Source of the DNA: Mobula birostris
Taxonomy: Eukaryota
Direction of reading: 5' to 3'
Length of the DNA stretch: 57,480 bases
Assembly (NCBI RefSeq): GCF_030028105.1
Contig: NC_092379.1
Span: 22,607,309 to 22,664,788 of the forward strand
The notes beneath the pieces are model-generated. The model did no database searches, had not been told where the DNA came from, and saw nothing but the letters and a program-made list of their open reading frames with translations. Numbering within the stretch: position 1 is the first letter of the stretch; each line of letters starts with the position of its first letter. Made by a program: the position numbers and the translations under genes. Below are positions 1 through 13,559 of this stretch, piece after piece.

Positions 1-3000
1 CTAATATCCATTCTCACCTCTCTTTTACACTTTATGTATCTGCAGAATCTTTTGGTAACCTCTTCAATATTATTGGCTAACTTACTTTTGTATTCAATGT
101 TTTGCCTCTTTGTTTTTGTAAATTGCCTTCTGATGTTTCTAAAATCTTCCCATTCTAATTTCTCACCAGTTTTTGCTCTGTTATATTAGCTTCCTACCAT
201 AGATACTGGATTTACTCATCTATAGTTCCCAACATTTTATTTTTAATTGTAACCTTTGAATTGCTGAAATGAACTGAATTCCTGCTCCCTGTGCAAGGTT
301 TCAGCAATGTACTAATCTATGATATGTTCAATTTTCAACTTCACCTGCACATGGTACTGGGAATAATCCAGAGATTACCACTGTTGCGGTCTTACATTTA
401 AACATCTTTTCTTTCTCCCTACATTCACTGCACAGCAGTACATCCATTTTTTCCTCCTATTCTCATTTGAGCCAATGTGTGCAACCACTTGTGTTTGCTC
501 ACCCTCCTCACTGAGAATGTTCTGCAATCGCTCTGAGACATCCTCATCTGAATTCTACTCTATTTGTAATTCCTCATCTCACCTACCCAGCTGATCAAGA
601 TCCCACTGTAATTGTTGCTAACCTTCTTCTCTCCCCACAATACCATCTGTTTTAGTGTCAGCTGTCATCTAATACTCAGGAATATGGGATCGATTCCCAT
701 CAATGAGAGGCTTCCTTCATCCAGGTAAGAGCAGTCATTTGGATGAGATTGAAAGGAATAATTCTCAGTCCGTCTCTGTGGGAATGCCCCCAAATGCAGT
801 ATTGTACAAAAATATACTTGGATCAGATTTTGGAGAGCCACACATTCACAAAGTCGGGGAGATTCCCAGTGTCTGGAACACAGGGTGCAGAGCAGGAAGT
901 GAGGAACATGGCACAGATTTGGATATTAGTCTGGTATCCTGACCTTGGAGAGTCTCTCCCTCTTACCCTGTGATCTCTCTCTCCTTGCCCTTCCTGCTTC
1001 TCTCTCTCTCCTTCCACCTTCCCTCAGCTCATTTCAAACTTTTCAAACCTCCAATCTGCTGCCTCATTTCTCCCTCCCACTCCACAGAGCACAGGGTCAG
1101 ATGCTGGCTCTGACAAGCTGCCTGCACTTTGTACAAACAGACTGTCAGAGCCATTAGCTGAGAGAGAGAGAGGCAGAGACACAAACAGGAAGCAGAAGGC
1201 AATGCTGTTACTGTGAGCAGTGAAGGGTGTAAGATATGCTGGAGGACTGGCAGCACGAAATCAGGGAGGGAAAGAAGGAGTGGGCAGATCAGTGTCGGGA
1301 GCCGACATTCCCAGAGGGGAGCAGAGGCCAGTGACAAGGTAAGGTCCTCAGTTGTTGCACATCCTGGCTTTCTAGTTGGCTGGAGCGTGAGACTGGGAGG
1401 GAGACTGGTTGCTGAGCAAAACAAATGGAATCAAGAAGCTGCGTTTGTGACGTAGATAGCTGAGTTCAGATCACATCATGGCTGCGGGGATGTTTAAAGT
1501 CAGTTGATTAAACATGTAACTGTGACTTAATTCTTAATTAAATTTGGAGCTGGTCCCAAGTCATCTCCTTTTCCTGCAATAACGTCCCCAGTATCTGATT
1601 CAGTGCCATGCACCCTCATGACCTGCTCTGCACTCCAGGTTATGGGCACAGGGAAACTCCTACAACCTGTGATCTTGGGTGCAGTTTCTAAAATCTGCTC
1701 GGCATATATTTTCCCATATGACTGACATGGTGCATCCCTGAGATGTGGGGTTTGGAATCTGATTCCCAGATTCTTCCAAATAACTGATTTTAAAATTGTT
1801 TCTTATACACGGGAATCACAACCTTCCTGAAGATCAATCGTGTATTCCCAATCTCTGTCGTATGCCCTCATGAACAAAGTTGAGAATTAACCACAATTTC
1901 TGGTTCTGTGGAGGGGTATTTTTCCCGTTGGCTGGTCCTTCATAGTTTTCCCCAATGTCTATTCCTGGAGTATATTCCTTCAATATCTGGTCCTGTGTGC
2001 CTTCCTGCAATGTCTGTTTCTTGGACTTACTCTGCTCAAATCAGGTGCTGGTGCCCATCATCTAAATAGCTGTTCTGTTCTATTCTTGGTTTGCATTGAT
2101 TAGTAACTGTTTAATGTTTTCTACTCCGAATGTGCTTACCCCAGTATCTGTTGTATTTTCCTGCATTGACATATTTTTTCAGAATGCTCTCTCCTGCTGA
2201 CATCACATTAAAACATGAACATGGTCGATCTCCAGTTCTGTGTCACCTGTACTTGTACCAACAGCTCCACACTCTCTGATGGGGGATGCTGCAGGATGCA
2301 CAAAGTTTCCTTCAGCTAAACACCGAGCAGGCCAAAGGCTTTGGTCCCCACAGTGAGTTCTGTTTCAGGGCACTGATGCTGTTAATTCATGTTTCAGTGA
2401 TGTGAGAACAGAAATTCAGGCTGACTTGGCTGTTCACTGTAGTACAGAGGGACAGAGGTGCTGCCTTTCAGCTGAGACACCGAAGGGAGGGAGATTGTGT
2501 GTGCAATGGAGAAGCTGCTGTACCTACGGTTTTATAGGACATGGAGTGTGGAGATTAGGATAATGTGTTGAAGTATGGATTGAGACACTCATTATGAAAC
2601 ACTCCATCAATATCTGGCTCTGGGATGTGTAATGGGGTTCTGATAAACTCTTCCAATGAGCCTCTGTGCTTTCCTGAATATCTTTCTCGGGGTGCAGCAC
2701 CCCAGTGTTCCCACTGTGAGAAATCCCTTATGAACATGAGCAGTACGTGTGGGGCTACACTCATATATTACCGGCTGGGAATCTCTCCGCTATTTGTCCC
2801 GGGATGCATTACCCACTCGTACGTGGAGGCAGATGGAATCTCTGCAGTGATGAGGGAACTAAGATGGGCTGAATGGCTTCCCTCAGTTTTATCAACTCCA
2901 GTCACTTCATGTTCTCCTTTTCTTTGTTTTTAATGAATAAAATTTCAAATCATGACATGACATAAACTCCAGTGGAAAACTGGAAGAAAAGCTATAGGCA

Positions 3001-3316
3001 ATGATTTGTACAACATCTGATTTACAAAATTTGACAGAACATCCTCCACCACACTACCCCTCCCCATGTGAACTTCTTGCTCCATAACAATAATAACCAC
3101 TTCCTCAACTCCCTCTTCTCCATCACTAAACACACCCACCTTCCCCTGCTCCCCATTCCCAAGCCTTAACCCTGCCTTCCTCTCCCCTCCTGTAAACCCC
3201 CTCCAGTGTCACATATCCTGCCATTTTCCCAATGTATCATCCACCGCTGTCCCTCCGCCCACCGAACCGGCTCTGTGCCCCCATTTCCCATCTGGCATCC
3301 CCGGTACATTTAGAGG

Positions 3317-3322
3317 TTTATT
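3317..3322 (-). terminator. Candidate polyA signal of the membrane mRNA
   Basis: AATAAA about 125 nt after the TM2 stop. Confidence 0.55.
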
Positions 3323-3447
3323 TTCTGAAATGAGCAGTTGCAGTGCAGTAGCCTCGGATTGCCGAGTGAGTGAGATGGAGACTCCATTTCCAAACATCGC
3401 AGCCACACGGGGATCTCTTGACTGAATGTGGGGCGTGTGTCTGCTGG

Positions 3448-3459
3448 TCACTGCTGAAC
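3448..3459 (-). CDS. IgW: Candidate IgW TM2 exon (VQQ*)
   Basis: Strong acceptor ACTCTCCTGTCTATATTTCAG|GTT CAG CAG TGA. Phase 0 matches the TM1 donor and gives a KVQQ tail; lies in unique sequence. Confidence 0.65.
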   Translation of the reverse strand, partial: VQQ

Positions 3460-3699
3460 CTGAAATATAGACAGGAGAGTATGATATTGTGTGTGACAAG
3501 GTGCAGCACAGACATTAACCTGTGAGGACAGGTGAACTAAATAACATCTCATTCCAGGAGATGAAACCCCATGAAGAGGTGTCTGTCAGTATTCTCCAAA
3601 ATCAACCGGAAACAAAAAATCTGAATACCAGTTGGGAACTTTAGAATGATCCACAGTTGGGTGAATGTTTTAGTTCCTGAGTAAAACCATAAGAGACTG

Positions 3700-4570
3700 G
3701 AGCAGAATTCGGCCATTTGTACCTTCGAGTCAGCTCCAGTATTTTATCATGACTGATCCAATTTCCCTCTCAGCCCCAGTCACCTGCCTTTTCCCAGTAT
3801 CCCTTCATGTCCTGACTAATCAAGAATCTACCATCCTGTTCCTTAAATATACCCAGTGACTTGGGCACCACAGTTGCCTGTGGCAACAAATTACACAGAT
3901 TCACCCCTCTCTGGCAAAAGAATTTCCTCCTCATCTCTGTTCTAAATGGACGACCCTCTAGTCTGAGGCTGTGTCCTCTGGTCCTAGACTCCCCCACCTG
4001 AGGAAACATTCTCTTCACATCCACTCTGTCGAGGAATTTCAACATTCGATGGATTTCAATGAAATACCCCCCTCATTCTTGTGAATTCCAGTGAATACAG
4101 ACCTGAGCCATCAAACATATCTCATATGATAAGCCTTTCAATCCCAGAACCATTTCGTTAAACTCCTTTGAACCCTCATCAATGTCAACATATCCTTTCT
4201 TAGATAAGGTGCCCAGAACTGTTCACCGTACTACAATTGAGACCTCACCAGTGCCTTCTAAAAACTGAACATTACATCCTTGCTTTCATATTTCAGTCCT
4301 TTAGAAATGAATTCCACAGACTCAACTTGCAAATTAACCTGAATGGAATCCTGCACAAGGCCCTTTGGACCTCAGATTTCTGAATTTTATCCCCATTTAG
4401 AAAATAGTCTATGCTTTTATTTCTTCTCCCAAGGTGTATGATCATTCACTTCCCAACACTTTATCATATCTGCTACTCTATTGCCTATTCTCCAAATCTG
4501 TCTAAGTATTTCTGTAGCCACTCTGCTTTCTGAACTCTATCTGCCCTTCCACCTCTCTCAGTATCATCCA
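3700..4570 (-). mobile_element. CR1-type LINE 3' fragment
   Basis: ORF 3770-4045 has TRGHSLRLEGRPFRTEMRRKFF, a typical CR1 ORF2 C-terminus. Confidence 0.75.
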
Positions 4571-4589
4571 CAAACTTGGCCCTAAAAGC

Positions 4590-5780
4590 CATCAATTTTG
4601 TAATCCAAATCAAAGTTGACGAGGGTCAGGCGGTGAATGTTGTCTATATGGACTTCACTAAGGCCTTTGACAAGGTTCCACATGAAAAGTTAGTTAGGAA
4701 GGTTCAATTGTTCGGTATTAGTATTGAAGTGGTAAAATGGATTTGGATGGGTGACGCCAGAGAGTACTGGTGGATAACTGTTTGTCAGATTGGAGGCTGG
4801 TGACTGGTGGTGTGCCTCAGGGATCTGTACTGGGTCCAGTGTTGTTTCTCATAGATATTAATGATCTGGATGATGGGGTGGTAAATTGGATCGGTAAGTA
4901 TGCAGATGATACTCAGATCGGTGGAGTTCTGGATAACAAAGTAGGTTTTCAAAGCTTGCAGAGAGATTTAGACCACTTAAGAGTGGGCTGAAAGGCGGCA
5001 GATGAAGTTTAATGCTGATAAATGTGAGGTGCTGCATTTTGGAAGGACTAATCAAAATAGGGCATACATGGTAAATGGTAGGGCATTGAAGAAAGCAGTA
5101 GAACAGAGCGATCTGGGAATAATGGTGCATAGTTCCCTGAAGGTGAAATCTCATGTGGATAAGGTGGTGAAGAAAGCTTTTGGTATGCTGGCCTTTATAA
5201 ATCAGAGCACTGGGTATAGGAGTTGGGATGTAATGTTGAAATTGTACAAGGCATTGGTAAGGCTAATTGTGGAGTATTGTGTACAGTTCTGGTCACCGAA
5301 TTATAGGAAAGATGTCAACAAAATTGAGAGAGTACAGAGAAGATCTAGTAGAATGTTACCTGGGTTTCTTCTCCTAAGTTACAGAGAAAGGTTGAACAAG
5401 TTGGGTCTTTATTCTTTGAAGCATAGAAGATTGAGGGGGGACTTGATAGAGGTATTTAAAATTATGAGGGGGATAGATAGAGTTGACGTGGATAGGCTTT
5501 TTCCATTGAGAGTTGGGGAGATTCAAACAAGAGGACATGAGTTGAGAGTTAAAGGGCAAAAGTTTTGGGGTAACATGAGGGGGAACTTCTTTACTCTGAG
5601 TGTTGTAGCTGTGTAGAACGAGCTTCCAACACAAGTGGTTGAGGCAGGTTTGGTGTTGTCATTTAAAGTTAAATTGGATAGCTATATGGACAGGAAAGGA
5701 ATGGAGGGTTATGGGCTGAGTGCAGGTCGGAGGGACTAAGTGAGATTAAGAGTTCGGCACGGACCAGAAGAGCCGAGATG
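4590..5780 (+). mobile_element. CR1-type LINE RT-to-3' fragment
   Basis: YMDFTKAFDKVPH, GVPQGSVLGP, KYADDT, LEYCVQFW-like motifs with stops and frameshifts. Confidence 0.9.
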
Positions 5781-8290
5781 TAAGGTCTTGGCCTGAATCA
5801 TCGTTTGTTTACTCTTTTCCATAGATGCTGCCTGGTGTTATCCTGCCTTTCGAATATTTCTTCTTTGGAATGCATCTACATTGTGTCTTTCAAATTGCTC
5901 CCAGGATCTCCAGCCATTTCTGCTCTGCCATCATCCCTGCTCGTGTCCCTTTCCAATCAATTTCGGCTAGCTCCTCTCTCATGCCTCCGTCATTCCCTTT
6001 ACTCCACTTTAATACTGACTTTAGATTCTCCTTTTCAAATTAATAGTAGTGTGAATTACATCATGTTATAATCATTGGCTCCCAAGCATTCCCTTACCTT
6101 AAACTCTCCACTCTATTCTGGTTCATTGCACCACACCCAATTCTGAATATCTAATTGCCCAGTGGGCTCATTCACCACCTACTCTTTAAAAAATCTCGTT
6201 GGCATTCTACAAATTCTTTCCTTTGGGATGCGGCACCAAAATAATTTACTACAGCACGGGCCATTTGGCCCACACTGTTGTGCCAAAACAGCGATAAAGG
6301 AAATCAAAAACACCCAAAATCAATCCCTCCCACCTACTCCATGTCAATATCCCCTGTTCTTCCCTACATCCACTTGCCTATCCAAACATCTCTCATGTAT
6401 TTGCCTCCACCACCACAGCAGGCAACACATTCCAGCCATCCTCCACTCTCTGATTATAAAACTCACCCCTCATATCCCCTTGAACCTACCCGCTTCACCT
6501 AAAATTCATTCCCTCTGGTAATACATATTTCAACCCTGGGACAGAGATATTCTCTGTCCAGCATATCTTTGTCTCTCATAATCTTGCAAACCTCTATCAG
6601 AACGCCCCCCCCCCACCTAAGCCTCCAACGCTCCAGAGAAAACAACCCAAGTTTATGTAGACCCTCCTGATTGCATGTTCCCTTGAAACCAGGCAGCATC
6701 CTGGCAAACCTCTTCTACACCCTCTCCAAAGCCTCAACATCCTTCCAATAGTGGGGCAACCAGAACTTCAGTCTGATCTAACCTGAGTTTTATAAAAGCT
6801 GCAACATAACCTGACAGTGCCTCGAATATTAAAAAAAAGCATTCTTTAAACCTTGTTAACCATCTTATTGACCCGTGTAGCCACTTTCAAGGAGTATGAA
6901 CTTGGACCCCAAGATTTCTCTGCTCAACAACACTGTAAAAGACCTTACTCTTAAAAATGTACTGTCTCTTTTCATTTGCCCTCCCGGGGTGTGACACCTC
7001 GCATTTATCTGGATTAAACTCCATCTGCCATTTCTCAGTCCACATCTGCAGCTGATCAATGTTGTGCTGTATTCTTTGCCAGTCTTCTACACTGTCAACA
7101 ACTCCACCATTCTTGGTACCATTCACAAATTTACAAACCCACCCGTCCGCATTTTCATCCAGATCATTTATATACATTACAGACAGCAGAAGTCCCAGCA
7201 CGGATACCTACAGAAATCCACTAATTACAGACCTCCAGCTTGAACAAGTCCCCTGAACCATTACCATCTGTCTTCTATGCGCGACCATTTTGAATCCAAA
7301 CAGCTAGTTTGCCACGGACCCCATGCATCTTAATCTTCTGGATTAGCCTCCCATGGGGGACTTTGTCAAATGTCATCCTAAAATCCACGTAGACAACAAC
7401 TACTGCCTTACCCTCATCAATCTGTCTTGTCACCTTGTCAAAAAACTCTGTCAAGTTGTAAGTGCTGACCTGCCATGCATAAAGCCATGCTGTCTCTCCC
7501 TAAATTAGGTCATGGCTTTCCAAATGCTCAGATATCCTATCCTTGTGATTTTTATTGGACAATTTCCCTTCAATTGAAGTGAGATTTACTGATCCATAGT
7601 TCCCAGAATTTTCCCATGTTCCCTTCTTAAATTAATGAGAGAGGACACAAAGATTCTGGTCAAGGGCCCAGCAAGCTCACCTTTTGCATCCTTCAAAAAC
7701 CTGGAGTAAATCCCATCTGGCCCTGAGGATTTATCCATCTTAGTCATGATTAGGAGGCCCAACACTTCCTTCTCCTTGACCTCTAAATACCCTATTGTAA
7801 TTATATACTCAGCATTGATCTCTTGGTCCTCCATATCCTTTTCCTTGGTAAATACTGAACCAAAGTACTCACTTGGCACCTCATTCACATTCTCTGCATT
7901 CAAGCAACTGCTCCCCCCCCCCACTTATCCTTGAGTGGTCCCACCCTCTCCTGAGTTATTGTCTTACTCTTGGTGTCTGTATAAAATGCCCTGAGATTCA
8001 CCTTAATCCCACTTGCCAAGGACTTTTCATGGCCCTTCCTGGCTTTCCTCATTCCCAGTAGTTCGTTCTCGTTTCTTTACACTCCTCATGTGCTTCCTTT
8101 GATCCGAACATCTGAAACTTTACACACTTCTTCTTTTCCTTCTTGACTAAATTCATCACCTCTCTGGATATCCAATGTTCTCTTATACTTCCATCCCCAT
8201 CCTGCCTTCGAACAGGAACATACCTTTCCTGTACTGTGTGCAATTGCTCTTTAAACACCCTCCATTCTTTAAGAAGGGAGGAAGGCAAAA
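5780..8290 (-). mobile_element. Patchwork of CR1 fragments
   Basis: Minus-strand pieces: WQMEFNPDKCEV, KSSGPDGIY, WISREVMNLVKK. Confidence 0.75.
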
Positions 8291-8915
8291 TAAAGGAAAT
8301 TATAGGCGAGTTATCCAAAACTCAGTGGTTGGGAAGTGTTGAAGTCTCTTTCTTTAGGATGAGGTTTTGGTGTATTTGGAGACAAATGATAACATATGTC
8401 AAAGTCAGCGTCGTTTCTGCAATGGGAAATCTTGCCTGACAAATCTGTTAGAGTTCTTTGAGGAAATAACAAGCAGGATGGACAAAGGAGAGGCAGTGAA
8501 TGTTATTTACTTGGATTTTGAAAAGTTATTTGATAAGGAGCAACACATGAGGCTGCTTTACAAGATAAAATTGAATAGCATTACAGCAGAGATATTGGCG
8601 TGGAGAGAAGAATAGCTGACAGGAGGCAGAAAGTGGAAATAAAAAGGGCCTTCTCTGGTTGGTTGTCATTGACTGGTGGTGTTCCTCAGGGGTCAGGATT
8701 GAGCGCTACTTTTCACATTGTTTGGTTATGATTCAGATAATGGAATTAATGGCTTTGTGGCAAAGTTTGTGGATGATACAAAGATAGGTGGAGGGGTAGG
8801 TGGTGCTGAGGAAGCAGTGCAATTGCAGTATGACTTAGATAAATTGGAAGAATGGGCAAAAAGTGGCAGATGGATTACAATCTTGGGAAAAACATGATAA
8901 TGCATTTAGGTAAAT
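8290..8915 (+). mobile_element. CR1 RT fragment, left part (interrupted by Rex1/Babar)
   Basis: GKSCLTNLLEFFEEIT, YLDFEK; sequence resumes at about 12621. Confidence 0.85.
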
Positions 8916-11900
8916 ACTTTATTCTTTATACTTTATGGTACTTGACACTTTATTGTCACCAAACAGTTAGTACTAGAACGTACAATCATCACAGCGATAT
9001 TTGATTCTGCGCTTCCCACTCCCTGGATTACAAATATTAAATATTACAAATAGTAAAAATTAATAAATATTAAAAATTTAATTATAAATCATAAATAGAA
9101 ATTAGAAAATTGGAAAGTAAGGTAGTGCAAAAAAACTGAGAGGCAGGTCCGGATATTTGGAAGGTACGGCCCAGATCCGGGTCAGGATCCGTTCAGCAGT
9201 CTTTTCACAGTTGGAAAGAAGCTGTTCCCAAATCTGGCCATAGGAGTCTTCAAGCTCTTGAGCCTTCTCCCGGAGGGAAGAGGGACGAAAAGTATGTTGG
9301 CTGGGTGGGTCGTGTCCTTGATTATCCTGGCAGCACTGCTCCGACAACGTGCGGTGTAAGGTGAGTCCACGGACGGAAGATTGGTTTCTGTGATGTGCTG
9401 CGCCATGTTCACGATCTTCTGCAGCTTCTTCCGGTCTTGAACAGGACAACTTCCGTACCAGGTTGTGATGCACCCTAGAAGAATGCTTTCTAGGGTGCAT
9501 CCATAAAAATTAGTGAGGGTTTTAGAGGACAGGCCAAATTTCTTTTGTTTTCTCAGGAAGTAAAGGTGCTGTTGGGCCTTCTTGGCAGTGAACTCTGCTT
9601 GGCTGGACCAAGTGAGGTCATTTGTGATATTGACCTCGAGGAATTTAAAGCTTTTGACCTGTTCCACTTGTGCACCACCGACGTAAATTGGGTCGTGCGG
9701 TCTGCTACTCCTTCTGAAGTCAACAACCAATTCCTTCGTCTTGCTGACGCTGTGGGATAAGTTATTGTCTTCGCACCATGCCACCAGGTTCTTAATTTCC
9801 TGTCTGTGCTCAAACTCATCATTACCTGAGATACGGCCTACGATTGTTGTGTCATCAGCAAACTTTTATATTGAGCTTGATGGAAACTTGGCTACACAAT
9901 CATGGGTGTGCAGTGAGTACACAGTCTTGTTGGGCACCGTTGCTCAGAGTGATTGTAGAGGAGAGCTTGTCCCGTATTTTTACAGCCTGGGTCCTGTCTG
10001 TGAGGAAGTTGAAGATCCAGCTGCAGATCGGAATGCTAAGGCCCAGGTTCCGGAGTTTAGGAATCAGTTTATTTGGAACGACGGTATAAAGGCAGAGCTG
10101 TAGTCAATGAAAAGGAGCCTTACGTATGCATCTTTATTCTCCAGGTCATCTAAGGAGGAATGTAGGGCCAGAGAGATGGCATCTGCCGTTGACCTGTTGC
10201 TCCGGTACGTGAATTGCAAAGCGTCGAGGTTGACCGGTAGGCTGTGGTTGATGTGTGCCATAACCAATCCCTCGAAGCACTCCATAGCAATTGATGTCAG
10301 AGCCACCGGTCGATAGTCATTCAGGCATGCCACCTTGCTCTTCTTCGGCACTGGGATTATCGTTGTCTTCTTAAAACACGAAGGAATCTTAGACTGAAGC
10401 AAGGAGCAGTTGAAGATGTCAGCAAACATTCCAGCTAGCTCACTTGCACAGGCCCGGAGAACCTGTCCTGGGACGCCATCTGGGCCCGTCGCCTTCCTTG
10501 GATTTATCTTCAGGAAGGCCCTTCTAATGTCCTCCTCGGTGATGACGAATCTCGATGCCACCAGGTCCGGTTCATCCGGAGGGAGGGGGATGCTCCTCTT
10601 CTGTTCGAATCTTGCGTAGAATACGTTGAGTTCATCAGGAAGAGAAGTGCCACAGTCATTGATATTCCCAGCCTTTTCTTTGCGCCTAGTGATCTCATTT
10701 AGACCCTGCCATAGTCTACTGGCATCCCTTTGGTTAGCTTGGGCTCGATATTGCCTCTTGGCGCCCTTAATGGCTTTCCGGTGTTCACGCCTGGACTCCG
10801 TGTAGCGACTGGTATCTCCAGACCTAAGAGCTGCAGCTCTAGCCTTTAAAAGGGACTTCACCTCATAATTCATCCAAGGTTTCCGGTTAGGGAATACCCG
10901 GATCGTCTTGTGAGACACACAGTCCTCCGTGCATTTCCATATAAAGTCCGTGACAGCTGAGGCATACTCATCGAGGTTAGCTGCCGAGTCCATGAATACT
11001 AATCAGTCCACCGATTCAAAGCAGTCACGGAGGACCTCACCTGTTTCCTCCTTCCAACGCGACACTACTTTTGACAGCGTGAACTCCCACTTCAGTTTCT
11101 GTTTGTAAGCTGGGAGGAGGAGTACGGTCTGATGGTCCGATTTTCCGAAGTGAGGTCGTGGTGCTCGGACACTGTGTCACTGACAAGCTCTTGCAGCCCG
11201 GACCTGGAACACCTGTCAGTGAAGTGTCGTCCCTACTATCTGCCATGGGAATTCACTGTGTAGCAGTGGTCAAGTATATTCGGGCCTCCAGTGGGTCAGG
11301 AGACATGTTGGTATAACTTTGGCATCGCATTTCTGAGGTTGGCCTGGTTAAAGTCCCCAGCCGTAATCGTAAAGCCTCCGGATACCTGGTCTCAAGTACA
11401 CTGATGTTGGCATACAGTATGTTCAGAGCACACTCCACGTCCGCCTGGGGGGGAATGTAGACCACTGTCAGTATGACCGAGATGAATTCCTGTAGCAGAT
11501 AGTAGCGACGACACTTCACCGACAAGTGTTCCAGGTCTGGGCTTCAGGAGCTTGTCAGTGCCACTGTGTCCGATCACCACCCAGTGTTGATCAGTAGGCA
11601 GACACCACTTCCCCTCGTCTTGCCCGAAGACGTCGTGCGGTCCATCCGATAGATCGAAAACCCCTCGGGTCAGATGGCACAGTCAGGGGTGGCGGGGGAG
11701 AGGCAGGTCTCGGTGAAACAGAATACACAGCAGTTCCTCATCTCCCTGCAGTAGGTGAGTCTCCCTTTAAGATCATCCACCTTGTTGTCTCTGGCTTGCA
11801 CATTAGCTAGCAGGATTGTGGGCATAGGGACCGTGAAGCCCCTCAGCTTCAATCTGACCAGCAGCCCAGCTCCTTTCCCACACTTCCTCGGTAAATAGTG

Positions 11901-12620
11901 CATCTTTCCAGGTTTCCGTCGATATCAGTGTGTTGTTCTCAGCTCTTTGAGATAGGTGGACGCGTCCCGCGGGAATCAGCAGGCCACGTCGTTGTGTGCT
12001 CCGGGTCGGGCCGAGTAACGGGGGGAGGCTCCGCTGCCACTTCCAGCTGCCGGGGGCCCGGGCTGTCGATTGGATCAGGCCCCGAAACCGACTCTTAATC
12101 CCAGAGGGCTGGGCTCCTGGCTGAAGCAAGTCCGTAAACTGAGCCACGGTTGCGGAGCCTTCATTCCAGGCGAGCCTCGGGCTCGATTTCCGAGGTTGGC
12201 GGTGGAGGCCTCACTTCCGGTAGCTGTGGATGGCCACCAACGGGGCTTTACGGTGGTCGCTCCGGGGAAGCGTCTGCGGCACCTTGAGGTCTCCGCCGTC
12301 ACTTCTGTGTGGTCATCTGCTCCGGAGAGGTGCTGGTCGGAATGGGCCGTGTCTCCAAGCGCTCCTGCACGGTGGTAGGCCGCGGGTCTCCGGGAACGTG
12401 GTCGGGTCCAGGTGCGGTCCGGAGTTTAAGAAGCAGTTCTGGCGCGGTGGTCTCCATCTGGGTCAGTAGCTTCGCCAGAGTGTTGTTGATCTTGATCTTG
12501 CTGAATTGGAGTTTTAGAAGGGTTTCTCGGTTACAGGACAGTGGGGAGGGCAGTTTGCTCCGGGGAGAGCTCACGCAAAGTCGCCGGTTACAGGCGGCAT
12601 TTTTAACGGATGTGGAACAA
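8916..12620 (-). mobile_element. Near full-length Rex1/Babar-like LINE (about 3.7 kb, frameshifted)
   Basis: Endonuclease (ILLANVQ..NKVDDL, FTET), RT (CLNDYRPVALTS, LLFIDYSSAF), C-terminal WYGSC; short-repeat 3' tail near 8916-8960. Confidence 0.85.
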
Positions 12621-13370
12621 TGGAACAATAGTGCGAACTATTATCTAAATGGGGAAAAGGTTCAAACAACAGAGGTGCAAAGGGACTTAGGAGTCCTCGT
12701 GTAAGGCTCCCAGAAGGTTAATTCACGGGTTGAGTCTGTGGTAGAGAAGGCAAATACAATATTAGCATTTATTTCAAGGGGAATAGAATATAAAAGCAAG
12801 GAGATAATGCTGAGGCTTTATAAGGCACTAATCTGGCCACACTTGGAGTATTGTCAACAGTCCTGGGCCCCTTTTCTTAGAAAGGGTGTGTCTTCATTGG
12901 AGAGAGTCACAAGGATGATTCTAGAAATGAAGGGGTTAACATATGAGGAGCGTTTGGCAGCTTTGGGCCTGTACTCGCTGGAACTTAGAAGAATGCGGAC
13001 AGATCCCATTGAAAACTACCGAATGTTGATGGGAGGAGATAGGGTGGATGTGGAGAGGATGTTTCCTATGGAGGGAGTAAGCAGAACAAGAGGGCACAGT
13101 TTCAAAATTGATGGGTGATCTTTTAGAACAGAGGTAAGGAGGATTTTTTTTAGCCTGAGAATAGTGAATCTGTGGAATGCTCTGCCACAGACTGCAGTGG
13201 AGGCCAATTCTGTAGGTATTTTTAAAGCAGAAGGTGATATTTTCCTGATCAGTCAGGGCATCTGAGGATATGGTGAGAAGGCAGCTGTATGGGGTTGAGT
13301 GGAATCCAGGATGAGCCATGATGGAATGGCAGGGTAGCCTTGATGGGCTGAATGGCCTAATACTGCTCCT
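12621..13370 (+). mobile_element. CR1 3' fragment, right part
   Basis: YYLNGEKVQTTEVQRDLGV, PHLEYCQQSW, TRGHSFK. Confidence 0.85.
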
Positions 13371-13449
13371 GTCTCACTGCCTTTTGTCTAATGTGGACTT
13401 GCCAGAGAAAAGGTGTTCCCAATTAATGCCAATTAGCTCTTCTGTCAGT

Positions 13450-13550
13450 TAGTCCTGACGAAGGGTCTTGGCCTGAAACGTCGACTGTACCTCTTCCTAG
13501 AGATGCTGTCTGGCCTGCTGCGTTCACCAGCAACTTTGATGTTTGTTCAC
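13450..13550. repeat. Short interspersed repeat (related copies near 5785 and 24556-24700)
   Basis: Shared core aagg(g)tcttggcc...agatgctg(t/c)ctgg. Confidence 0.7.
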
Positions 13551-13559
13551 AATTAACGC

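Noticed and set aside
1600-2330. Coding-looking unique sequence beyond the TM2 polyA
   Set aside because: Multiple stops in every frame I translated and no recognisable domain.
2555-2764. PGRP-like 'HWGAAP' motif
   Set aside because: Only a 5-residue resemblance; flanking PGRP motifs are absent.
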